Assembly (NCBI GenBank): GCA_049999805.1
Contig: JBNGIO010006191.1
Span: forward strand, 234,578 to 298,577
Length of the DNA stretch: 64,000 nucleotides
Direction of reading: 5' to 3'
DNA from: Folioceros fuciformis
Taxonomy: Eukaryota
Part shown: positions 12,620 through 24,142 of the stretch, piece by piece
How the letters are laid out: each line of letters begins with the position of its first letter
How positions within the stretch are numbered: the first letter of the stretch is position 1
Made by a program: the position numbers and the translations under genes
Notes under the pieces: generated by a model
What the model was told of the DNA's origin: nothing
The model's input: only the letters and a program-made list of their open reading frames with translations
Databases searched by the model: none

Positions 12620-14350
12620 AGAACCTGCTAAACCGGGCTTATGCAAGAATCCTAAGTCCCATATTGCATGTCGACACTCTAAGTCCCCAAGTGGCATGCG
12701 GGAACTCCAAGTTCCTAGGTTGCATGCAACCACTCTAGGTTCCCAAGTGGCATGCGAGAGCTCCAAGTCACTAGGCTTGCAAGCACTCCAAGTTCCATGC
12801 GACATGCGGCCACTCTAAGTTTTCAGGTGAGCAAATCGACAGGCAGCAAGGATCTGTGAGTTGTAGGAGACAGGGAGCTTGGACAGTGGAGAGGCAACGA
12901 GCTTGGACAGTGGAGAGGCAGTGAGGCTGCCAAGGGGGAGAGGAAACGCGGCGGCTACTCCTCCTTCTGTTTTTTTCCTTTCCGTGATCAAGGAGCGATT
13001 TAGGGGCAAGATCCTAGGGATCTGTGAGATGGAGGAGGCCTAGGTTGCATGTGAGACTGGCTGAAGGAGCGTGGAGGAGGGCTGAAGCAGTGTGGAGGAG
13101 GGCTGAAGCAGCGTGGAGGAGGGCTGTGAGCAAAGAGGGTGAAGAGCCGCCTGCCAAGACTCCACCTTTCTTTCTAATGTGCTGATCAAGGGGAGCGGGT
13201 TTCAGTGGGGGTTTTTGCGCCCCCCTGATCTGCTGAGTTTAGTGTGGAGGGCAGCGTGTGGAGCCAGCCACCCTCCCTCTAGAGGGCTGCCCACAAGAGC
13301 TGATGGATTAGGTTGTGAGGAAGGGGAATGGGTTTTTTCCTTTCTTTCACTCACAGGCAAGGAGCAGGGAGTGAAAATCAATCTCCAATCTCAATCTCCA
13401 CGGGCTGTGGCTGAGTGTAAAGGAGGATAATTGCAGCCAGCAAAAGATCAGAAGGTTCCCTCCTAAGAACACAGCTAGTGGAGGCCTGTTAGGAGTGGGG
13501 TTAGACCCCACTGTTTAGACTTAGTTTATGTTGGCTTGTAGTGGTTGGCCCTAAATGGTAGGCCCATTAAGGCTTCTGACACCGAGTCACTTTTTAGGCA
13601 GACCTAGGTCAATGAGCCAAGAGGTTCATTAATTTACCTGTTTTTTATAGTATTGACCTAAGGAGAGAGAGAGCGTGAAGAGGGAGGGAATTTACCTGTT
13701 TTTTATAGTATTGACCTAAGGAGAGAGAGAACGTGAAGAGGGAGGGGATCTCCTATAAGGCTAGGAGAGTTCCTTGAACTCATTTAATCACTTGCCGCCC
13801 TTTAGTCTTCAGCTCTTACTTCTTGAGCTCCAAATGTGTCTTGTTTCAACTGATTGATGTGGCTGAGACCTCGTCTCCCTTTTCGGTCACGGTTGTAAAT
13901 GTGGATGAGGTTGGGGTTTGCTGGTTGATGGTGCAAGTGTCCATGGTTGTTGTCCCTACTGTTCCCGCATGCTAGCCTTGCTAGTGTGTTGCCGGCCAAG
14001 GAGACTTGGTGTCTAGTATGAGGTAGGTGTAGGTTCCATCAATTTGTGTGGTATCTCTCCCCTGAACTTGTTTTGTCACTTGCCGCCCTTTAGTCTTCAG
14101 CTCTTGCTTCTTGAGCTCTAGATGTGTCTTGTTTCAGCTGATTGATGTGGTTGAGACCTCGTCTCCCTTTCCAGTCAGATGTTGCTAAGTTGCAGCTGTA
14201 GATGTGGATGAGGTTGGGGTTTGTTGGTTGATGGTGTAAGTGTCCATGGTTGCTATCCCTACTGTTCCTGCATGCTAGTCTTGCTAGTGTGTTGCCGGCC
14301 AAGGAGACTTGGTGTCTGGTAGGAGATAAGGGCAGATTCCATCAATTTGT
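12620..14350. repeat. Cluster of tandem repeats and duplications, probable TE interior
   Basis: ~39-bp units at 12620-12815; 22-bp gaggagggctgaagcagcgtg units at 13060-13130; ~58-bp duplication at 13631-13747; ~290-bp duplication at 13785-14065 / 14075-14350, which produces the twin MAGNTLARLAC ORFs. Confidence 0.75.
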
Positions 14351-15075
14351 GGGGTAGCGTAGGAGAGTTCTGACCCGTAGGGAAGAACAAGTAGAGGAGT
14401 AGAGGTGAAGGTCATTGTAGTGTTTAAAGTTGCAAGGCACCGAGAGTGCTCTAGGCCTGGCAAGGAGCCTGAGGCAGCGTTTCCTCAAATCTGCCCTAAT
14501 TGGTGTATGTGTTTCTAACGTGGTGTTGGCAAGATCTGATGGGGGAGGGTTGCAACCTGGTTGTAGCTTCCTCTTGTAGGTTCTGACTTGTGGTCCCCAG
14601 TACTTGGAGTGAGGAGGCTGTAGGGAGTACCAGCTATAGCAGCTGAGAGTGTGAAGATTTGTCCATAGGTCGGCAGTGGCGACTTGAACTGTTGGCAGGG
14701 TAAGAGTGACAATCCTGACCTGTTTGCAGTTGGTAGGTCTGTCGGAAGGTGAGTAGTACCTCTGACCGGAGATAGCAAGGTCTGAGTAATTTGGATGGAA
14801 GAGGGATGTGAGACGTGAGAAGTGTGAAGTGGGAGGTTGTGTAGTCAGGTCAGGGGTGACAGACCTGATCTGTCTACAGCTATACGAGTTCTGACGAGGG
14901 GTCGCAAGGTCAGGAGTAGTGGGTTAGCAGTTGGATGTAAGAGTTGTGAAGTTGTGGAGTTAGGAGAAGTCATCTCATACACTACAGATTGGGAACACCA
15001 GCCACTCTTTAGTGAGATTGAAACCCATTCTATACTAACGACAGTGGGATAAGTGTTGCCACTATAGGATGAAGC

Positions 15076-15690
15076 TCAGGGAGCCCCAGTCCTCGAGATC
15101 CAGCCTCCACAAAAGAAGACCACCATAAAGGAAAGAGGAAGAAGACTTTCTATAACTCCGGTAAACCTTTGCGCACTATTTAATGAACCTTGAAAAGTCC
15201 TTGCCAATGGCCCTATGAGTCTCAATAGCAAGGGGATGAAAATATGCTCGTTTTGTAGGGGAGAATACTTTTGGACTTTGATGCTTGCACAACCCTCTAC
15301 TGTCCATTCAGGGGGGTTGATGACAACATGCTCGCAAATCAAATCCCTAGCGGGATTCGTAACAACCACATCAATGACACACACCTGTTCCCCCTAGTGA
15401 AAAAAAGTCAACTCTAAGTAAAACTCCGTTGTCTAAAGAATATGGATGCTCCCTATAGAGAAGAAACCTACGTTCCTTAGCCATGGAGAACATACATCCC
15501 GATCTGCATCATGAGTGGCAATGCAGTGGCCATTAACAGGATAATGTGTCAGATGGGACCTTGTGTCGACAATGGCAACCCCACAACTACATGTAGAGAG
15601 CAAGAGCCGAGGGGTAGGCCAAACCAAAGCAAAATTTAATCACGGTAGCAAAAATTGCTGATGCAATTCAAAATGCGTGGATGCAAGGTC
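15076..15690 (-). mobile_element. Decayed non-LTR retrotransposon C-terminus, restriction-like endonuclease (RLE; CRE/R2-type)
   Basis: Fragments CSCG..VDTRSHLTH..GHCIATHDADRDV (zinc knuckle plus RHD-like motif), VIDVVVTNP, KVQKY and HIFIPL appear in the order typical of RLE domains. Broken across frames. Confidence 0.6.
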
Positions 15691-15704
15691 GAATCAAATA
15701 AAGT

Positions 15705-15812
15705 ATACGAGCACTCCTCAGTAAAGTGTGCAAGCACTCCTCAGTAAAGTGTGCAAGCACTCCTCAATGAAGTGTGCAAGCACTCCTCGGTAAAGTGTAC
15801 GAGCGCGCTCCT
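15705..15812. repeat. 23-bp tandem repeat, about 4 copies
   Basis: Unit gcactcctcagtaaagtgtgcaa with starts at 15711, 15734, 15757 and 15780. Confidence 0.9.
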
Positions 15813-16041
15813 CGAATGGCACGTTTCCTGAAGGGGATGTTTCCTTTTATCGATTATGTTTGTCATTCAACAAGAGAGAATAGTATAGGGGAAAACAGAA
15901 CTCCTCCAGTCAAACTACCCTCGACGCTACCGTATTTTGTGATAAATGGCATCTCGAGCCACTCACGGTTTTCTACAAAATGAAATCTGCCGATTCCCTT
16001 CCAGCCTCTTTCCAAGCAAGGGCTTTCATACTTCTTCAGAC

Positions 16042-18719
16042 CTACTTTTGGTAGAGGAAAACAAGCCCGAAAATGAAAAAGGCCACCATCTGCATCAGAA
16101 TGACTCACAATTTTAAACCCCGCACACGCAACTTTTTCACTGGACAACCAGGATGCGTACCGAGTTGATCGCCACGTACCATGGAGAAGGACGCGCCGTA
16201 GTATGGAAAAGCTGCTGGAATAAACCTCTCGTACTCATTGTGCCTGAAGGGTCTTACAGGAATCTGCACCAACCCATTAAATTAACCATGTCCTTCGCCG
16301 CGCATGCAAATATGCAAATCCTGTACCTGTTTGCTCAACGTCAATGAGGTATACCCAAGCCTCCAATATTCAACTTTGAACTGAAAGACTCCATACACAT
16401 CTGGGACTTGAAACTTGGTATGATAGTGACCCTGCCAAGATATACAGTCAGGAGATAGGGCTTAACCCTAAACACGAAATTTCCACACATCTTAATTGAA
16501 CAAGCGCACCTTCCCATCGTGCGACAGAGTCTTCCTGATGTAAGGAGACATCATGTAAAATTGTACTTGCACATCACCTGCCTGATATGGGTGCCAGTGC
16601 TTGCCTGTCCACTCATAAATGTCCACAGAAAACTCCTGTCGGATAAACATTGTCCATAAACATTAGGACTCAAGCAAGCATCCAATCAGTTGCGACACTG
16701 GAGGAAAACACAAGCAGTCATGTACCAGATTGTCCGTGATTCTGTACATTGGCGGTTCCCCCTCCTCGTCAACTTTTTTGTGCCGGAGATTCAGAGCCTG
16801 CACCAGCACCCACACATCTTATGCTCCTGATAGACTGCATTCAAATTACTTGTACAAAATGTTGCATCACAAAAACCCACGACACTCTCTGGAACTCACA
16901 AAACAAAGAGGTCTAACTCACCTTGAGATGACCCCGCTCATGAAAAACCCACTTGGTCAGCTCGGTCGCAAATTTCTCGTTTCCAGATTTTGGATACCTG
17001 GCATGAAGTGAACAGCACATCAAAATGATCCAATATCTATTGCTTAACATGATGTGCAGCAGAAAAATAGAGAATGGATCATTCACAAAGGATGAAGCAC
17101 CTGACCCACTCTGCATTCATAGCCTGTAAGATACCTGAGAGAAAGATCAACTGACCTTTCTGAATCTGTAGCTACACGAACCTCAGACTTGAAGAATCTG
17201 CAGCATTCCCATGTTTGAAAGTGAATTTGCATATGACAACCTTCACAATATCCTGAAGACAAACTTTCTAGATGAAAGTAAAAAGAAGGATATCACATAC
17301 TCATCGCTGAACAGATCCAATGATCCTGATACCAAAATTCGAGCATTGTTCCTTGCCTGATACATCTCAAAAGTGGGTACACCACAAGGCCTGAAACAAC
17401 ATTGACTGCTCTCATCACAAAGGTCCAAATTTCTGTAAACACAGCTTTACCTGCACCACTGACACTAAACCAATGGAGGTCCCGCTGAGGACTGGGGGTT
17501 CTTTCAGTGGAACAAAAAGCTTTCCAGAAAAGGCTGATGGAGATGCAGATAAAACCTTCACCACCTGCAAAACCGAAGTCAGCAAGGTATCCGACTCTTA
17601 CCGTCTGGCTATGCAAATGAAACATAGGAATCCAAGCCACATCCACCCAGATCCAGAAACGTCCCTTACCAGCTCACTAGTATTCACAGAATGCCCAATC
17701 CCCCGAAACAGAATTGGTTCCTGTAAGGTGACGCATCAGACGGCAGAATCTGGCCATAAACTGAAATGCTAAGACAGTAGTGTATCCGTTCGAAATTCCA
17801 CCTTTATGCTATCCTCGCCCAGAATCACTGGGGAGTCAATCAGCTTGTCGCCCACAATCAAAGAACGATCCCCATGTGCTGTCTTCGCAAAGCTGATATG
17901 GTCAATAACCACGGACTCTACATCCTGCATACGATGTTTTCCAGAGCACAGACCATATCCTCAACAGCAGCAGGAGCTGAGCCAACACGCCTACGTACCT
18001 ACGCCAAATTTAGCCTAGTCCGCACAATTGCTCGAACATCCAGATAACCAAACATATGACTGCGAAAGCACACGTGTCACAACCTCATCAAAATCCACAC
18101 CACATTCTGTGGCAATGTCTCGGATGACATCGGAAGTCGATACATCAGCTGCCAAAACAAGATCATGCCCGGAGTCCACGAAATCCAGAACTGCAGCAGC
18201 ATCCACAGAGCCGCCAAAACCTGATTTTCAGATGATAACAACACTAAATCAGATACAGCCACAGTGAACCCCGTCTAAGACTTCCACAGTAGCAACCTGT
18301 AACAATTCCCAAACGTTCGAAGGCCACGAAGTGCAGACTCACGCTCGACAGACGGGGCGAACAGGATCAGGGCATCGTAGAGATATTGGCCATATCTCTG
18401 GAGTGCGAGCTTGGGGTCCTCAGCCAGCTTGAAATCCAGCTCATAGCCGCGATCTGGCATTCCACAAAGTATAGGCAGTAGGGTAAAGAACTGACAGCCA
18501 CAACACCGAATTGCTTCCTGCGAACTTCATTTGCTCACCCGTAAGCGACTGGAAGTAGACAGAATGTGACGAGCGGCGGCTGAGATTATCTAACAGCACT
18601 AGCACCTTCTGGTCGGAAGGGAATTCCTCCGAAAACGCTCCGCACTGTGACGAGAGCAGGGTGACGAGGAAGCAAGCCCACAGGCAGGTCGCCCACACCG
18701 TCCGCGGGCCGCGCTCCAT
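16042..18719 (-). CDS. OST48: Oligosaccharyltransferase 48-kDa subunit (OST48/WBP1/DGL1), multi-exon
   Basis: Signal peptide [10 protein letters not shown]..., then [93 protein letters not shown]. Last exon [15 protein letters not shown]. Confidence 0.95.
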
Positions 18720-18847
18720 TGCTCTCACCTTCGGCACGAGGGCACCCGGTCGCACAAGCACTACCTAAACGGAGTTGGCATCAAAACGCGGGTAAAATAT
18801 AACAAGTTCCTTTGCATCATTAGGCAATCTTTTGAACTGTGCTTTCC

Positions 18848-19555
18848 ATGGGCTTCCAGTGGATGTCCGATCGCGGTGGCTGGGGCAACCAGGAGCCGGC
18901 CTCGGGCTCGGACTCGGCCTCGCCTCCTGATGCTGTCAAAGTTTTGAAGCCCAGTCAAACTGACGTTGGTGAGGAGGGTAAGGAGATCGCCCAGCATGTA
19001 ACGCAGCAGGAGCTGCCCAGGGCTACAGTGGTTCGATATCCGAAGCCGGTTCCCAAGCTGCAGCAGAAGCTGGAGATCGGCAGCGAAGATGGCAAGGGGT
19101 CGTCGTCCAACAACATGTGGCAGGTTCGCCCCTCGCTTTCCTTGCTGCGGAAATCGCTTTCTTGTTCATTTTCCTCCTAGCTGCTGCGTGGAGTCATATT
19201 GCGAAACACGCGCCACTGTATTGAAACAGCTGATAGGCTCTGTTGCTGTTTAGCTGTATTACTCCAATTTCGTGCAATTTCGTCTGGCCTCTACGGGGAG
19301 TGTGGCATCACTGCGATCCTGCTTTTAGGGTTGAAGGGTCCCGTATTGCTCATGGGTCGATTTCAGCCGACACAACGCTGTGCTCACGTCGCCAATGTTG
19401 TCTTTCCTCGTTGGTTGCTAACCTCCAGGCTGTTGTGCTTTCTTGTTGGCTTTTTGCAGGTGTATGCAATGGCAGGGTTTATGGTAGGTCGCTGGATTTG
19501 GGCCCGGGTGAAAGAGAGAAGGGCACGAAGGTTTAATCGGGAAGATGATGACTGA
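18848..19555 (+). CDS. Small two-exon protein with C-terminal hydrophobic/basic tail (putative tail-anchored membrane protein)
   Basis: ATG 18848; intron ~19124-19459 (gttcgc...tttttgcag) joins ...NNMWQ to VYAMAGFMVGRWIWARVKERRARRFNREDDD*. Confidence 0.7.
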
Positions 19556-19587
19556 TTGCTGGTTGCAATGGATATGACTCTGACTTT

Positions 19588-20300
19588 AGAGCGGCTTCCA
19601 CCACATGGGATTCAAATGCACCTTTGCTCAAAAAGTAGAGCAGCTTCTACCACATCGAATTCAAACGCACATGTGATGAGAAAGTAGAGCGACTTCTAGC
19701 CTATGGAATTCAAAAGCACCTTTGTCACCTTTTGTCAAAGCAGTGATAAACAATCAAATCACGTTGCCTAGAAAACCATTCCTCAGCACGTTGCCTAGAA
19801 AACCATTCCTCAGCAATCTCCTGATTGACTTCTAGCGTATGAACTGTTCCACAGCAATCTCTGATTGNNNNNNNNNNTATTGACTTCTAGCATATGGAAT
19901 TCAAAAGCATCTTTGTAACCTTTTGTCAAAATAAACAATCACATACGGAATTCAAAAGCACCTTTGTAACCTTTTGTCAAAGCAGTGATAAACAATCAAC
20001 CACATTGCCTAGAGAAAACTTTCCATAGCAATCTCTAAGCAACTTCTAGCGTATGAAATTCAAAAGCACCTTTATCACTTTTTGTCAAAGCAGTGATAAA
20101 CAATCAACCATGTTGCCTAGAGAAACCGTTCCATAGTAATCTCTAAGCCAAAGCATACTCCAATCTCACACCAGTCGACTATATACATCGCCAAAGATCA
20201 CCATGCTCCAAGCTAGAGCATAGAGCATAGAGCATACTTCGATCTCACAACAACAAACCATATGCGCGCCACATAAGATCACATGTTCCAAGCCAGAATA
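19588..20300. repeat. Dispersed minisatellite-containing repeat, copy 1 (contains N gap)
   Basis: ~49-bp units (agaaagtagagcggcttctaccacatggaattcaaatgcacctttg) and longer ~97-bp units. The distal block gccaaagcatactccaatctcacac...atgttccaagcca is shared with 31975-32641. Confidence 0.85.
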
Positions 20301-20653
20301 TAGTCCAAACTCACGTCAGCAAACCAGTGTTACTTACATCTGGGTGGTTAGGATGGGAGGAGGCCGGCAATGACTGGTGGGTAGCAGACGCAAATGCAGG
20401 AGGCGATGTACCGTAGGTCTGGTGGCCTCTCTACCCGTATGGGGTTTCTGCTACCCGTGACCCTGTCTGTGGTGTACAAGCATACATGGGCACACTGAAT
20501 TGTGAGGCATACGCCCACCTGCAACTTTTCTGGTGGAGACCTTGCGTGCAAGAGTAGGCAGTGGTGGACGAGTCAGAGTCTTGGCAAGGACGATGTCTGT
20601 TCTGTTAAAGGAGGCAGATGCATCACTTCTTTGTGAGAAGCCCTTTTTAAGGC

Positions 20654-20779
20654 ATGTCAGACTCTGTAGAAAAGAAAAGACGGAGATACGGACTCATAAA
20701 GAAAAAGCCTGCATATGTCTGACTCTGTAGAAAAGAAAAGACGGAGATACGGACTCATAAAGAAAAAGCCTGCATATGT
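20654..20779. repeat. 61-bp near-perfect tandem duplication downstream of SWEET
   Basis: atgtc(a/t)gactctgtagaaaagaaaagacggagatacggactcataaagaaaaagcctgcat at 20654 and 20715. Confidence 0.9.
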
Positions 20780-20947
20780 TATCAGTTCTTTAAACAGGAA
20801 TGTCCGTGTACTCGTCCACATGACACGGCCCTCTTGCGGCCATGCAAAATGGCGTTGTGTCGGCAAGCCTGGAGATGGATGGCACAGCCAACTGCTAGAC
20901 TGTCTTGTAGTACAGTCACCTGAGGCTAGGTAGCTTAAAATTTAGGT

Positions 20948-22388
20948 CTAAACATGGTCGGGTCCGGGGCCTGGCGCTGCCTGAGATGCCAAGCCGTGGC
21001 GGGGGCTCAGCGGAATGGACACGAAGGTGACGCCCGACTGTTGCTTCGAAGTCTGCATGTGGGCTTGTTTGTTGCTGGCGCTCTTTTCCATCTGGATATA
21101 CGAGCCGTTGGATTTGGACGTGTCTAAAGAATCGCTCGTCACACCGTCGCCTTCGATGGTCAAGGGGACTGCTCTTCGGTAAAAGACGTAAAGACAAAGC
21201 TGCACCACGCCGGAGAGGCAGCCCAGTCCATTGGGGATCTGGGACCAGAAAAAACCAAACCCGAACGAGAATTTCAGTTCAAAAACACTGACCAGTTAAG
21301 TCATCAAGCAATGCATGCAACTGTGAGCATTGCACCAGTAAAACGAAAGGAGCAGTAGCGATGGTTTAGCTTACCGCAATGTAGATGTCCTTGGCGACCA
21401 CGGCGTAGCCACTCCACACGGTGCCGTTGATGAAGACGAAGAGGGACAGGAAAAACGGCATGAATTCTACGCTCCTTGTCCTTATCACCATCCTCTGCGA
21501 TCATGAATGAGCATGGTCCTTCCCGTCAGTCGTGACAGCAGGTTGGAAGTTGAAGCGCGATGGCACGGGCAGACAGCACGTACCATGACTCCCAGCGGCG
21601 CAGCATACATGCTGATGGCGAACACGACGCACAATAAACCGATCACGAGTTTTCTGCTGGAGTAGGGGATCGCGAACACTGTAACCAGGCAAAGAATGGT
21701 GTAGAAGACGACGGTTGCCAGCAGCATTTGGAGAACCTTCACCTGCAACCAGGCACGATGAGTGAAGGAATCCAGGAGTCGAGTCGAGTAGACGGTGGAA
21801 CGAATGCCGGTGAAGCACTTACCCGCTCGTTCCTAGCGCAGTAGGCGAGAAAAATGGAGAGGTAGACCAGTTCGAAGACGACGCCAGCGCCGTTGATGGT
21901 GATGATGAGCAGACCGTTGGGCTTGACGAGGGGAAGACCGTAGAGGATCCATAGCAGGCAATTGAGCAAGGTGCAGACGTAAGGAAGGCCTGAGAAATCT
22001 TGCGTCGTCTTGTTCTTAAAAATTCTCCAGAATGTCGGCCTTAAGAGTCGAAACGAAACAGAATGGATGATTCAGATGCGCCAATGCAGGGTGGACAGCT
22101 ACCAGAACACCTACTTTCCTTGTACTTGCGACAATGGCAGTGCGTGCGGAGCACAGGGAAGGAAATGAGGCCTAGCAGACCTGCTACCACTCCGAGTCCA
22201 ATTCAACATACTTACGCAGGTGACGTGAAGAGAGCGATGGCTGTCATATTTCCTGGATCAGACGATGCACCCGCTCTTGTAAGCATGCATGCAAAGGTTG
22301 TTGTCTTATTCATGCGAAATACTATACCATCAGCCGGAGGCGGCGTAGATTACTGACCAAGAATGCCGAGAAGAGTGAGGAAGTCCAT
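20948..22388 (-). CDS. SWEET: SWEET (MtN3/saliva) sugar transporter, 6 exons
   Basis: MDFLTLLGILG / GNMTAIALFTSPA / PTFWRIFKNKTTQDFSGLPYVCTLLNCLLWILYG...ITINGAG / SMYAAPLGVM / VIRTRSVEFMPFFLS / IPNGLG...QLCLY. Canonical 6-exon plant layout. Confidence 0.95.
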
Positions 22389-24142
22389 GACGTCGCCAGC
22401 AGCTGTGAACACGACGCCGGCAGTTCCAAGCTTGCCTCAAGGGACGGGGATGGGGATGAGATGACAGCAACAGCAGGCTGCTGGCTTGGCAGGCAAGCGA
22501 CCTGCTGATGAGCAGAGCAAGGCGGTGGTTGAAAGCAGTGTGCCGCCGGGAAGAGGTGCACTCGCGCAGAGCAGATTTGCGCACGCGTGCGTGCTTGTGC
22601 AGTTGCAGACTGTTAAGAGTTGGAGAATTGAGCAGGCAGTAGCAGGCAGGAGGGCGGGCGGGTCAGGGTCGTCCGGCCAAAAGTAACACCACACCAATTC
22701 CTCGTGTGCTGGTGCCTAGAGTAGCCACAATGTGTGCCTGTCAGTGCGGCTCAGGCTAGCCCTGAGCCTGAGCTAGAGCCAGAGCCAGAGCCAGAGCCTG
22801 AGCCCCTTGCCAGCAGCCACTGAGCTCGCTGCCCGCTGTGTTCCGCGTGCGGGATCAACAGACACCTGCTCCGGATCCTCTCAAGAGGGCAGATTCTGGA
22901 TGGAGATGGAACACTGATCTACTATGCTGCTCACAGGCAGCCAATGGGCCATGATGTTGTGACGCACCGGTCTCTTATAAGCAGGGCCAGGTTCTTGGTG
23001 CCTTTGCACTCACTCTACGGCTACCGCAGCTACAGAGCTATACTGACAACAGGTAGACGGACGGACGGACGGACGGACGGCCAGGGGGGGCAATGACGTT
23101 CGCGCTCTGTTATCAGCTGGCAATGAGAGGCATTGTCCGTCTTATCATCACGTGACACGAAGTTGGGCTGTGATCCCCCCCACACCTCCCGGTTACCACG
23201 GTCGGATAACGACACCCATCAGAAATGCTGAGTGTGTATGTACATACAGCGGTTTACACAGCGTGGTCTCAGCTCACGTCTCGTCTGTTCAACACAGAAA
23301 GAATAATCTCAACACAGAAAGCACACCTGCCAGCAGCAGCGGGGCGTGGCCAACAGCGCGAGCGTGAAAGCGGCCGGTCGGCAGGGTCGTGGAGTCCATG
23401 CACATGGACCCGCCTTCGCTGCGTCGCGGCATAGAATTCGTGTGACACCCTACCTACCGTCTTGGTACCCTTGTCCCCTCGCCCGGACCCAACCGACTTT
23501 AACCCTTGTCACCGACCAACATAGCCAGGGCGCCCAGGCAGGCATGGTTTCCCATTACGCACCCCGCCTTGTAGCAGCCCAAGGTATCTGCAATCCATGG
23601 CGCTACGTCTCTTCATGTGAGGCATCACCTTCGGGCGTGGATCCCAGATCACCCTACCTGCCCACCTCATCATTGCAAACAAGCTGCTTAACCCAACTTC
23701 CACTACAGGTAAGGAACAACCGAGGGACATCTTTACTTCCTCTCGAGCTACTGTACAAGTCGCAGCCAACCTAGTAGCTAGGAAAATGGAACTTGTAGAC
23801 CATAACAAGGAGGATGCCAAACACATGCGACACCCCCTCCAGGCCAAGAATTGGCGAAAATGCTAACCCGCCCACTACAATAACGAGGCCAGGGTCTGCC
23901 AAGCTCAAATTGCTGCAAAACACACACCAGTACAGCAACCAACATTTGCCACTGTCAAACACGGCGCACACCCACTGCAGCCAGCGCAAACCACTACACA
24001 TATCCAATGTTCCTCAAAAAGATTGTACGCATACTGCATTACGTTGGTGGTGCGCGACTTACACAGCTTGGGTTACACATGCCAACTTGCACCAACCACT
24101 GCGCCTGCGTCACTACTAGTCCTTCCTAACAAATTGCCTTCC

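Noticed and set aside
13802-14302. Twin ORFs MAGNTLARLAC as duplicated small genes
   Set aside because: TTG starts, no recognisable motif; fully explained by a ~290-bp DNA duplication.
19588-20150. Regularly spaced repeats resembling a CRISPR array
   Set aside because: Units are contiguous and degenerate with no unique spacers; the context is eukaryotic and no cas genes are present.
23346-24119. Overlapping ORFs between SWEET and U2AF65
   Set aside because: No homology cues; the region is best explained as U2AF65 3' UTR and SWEET upstream sequence.
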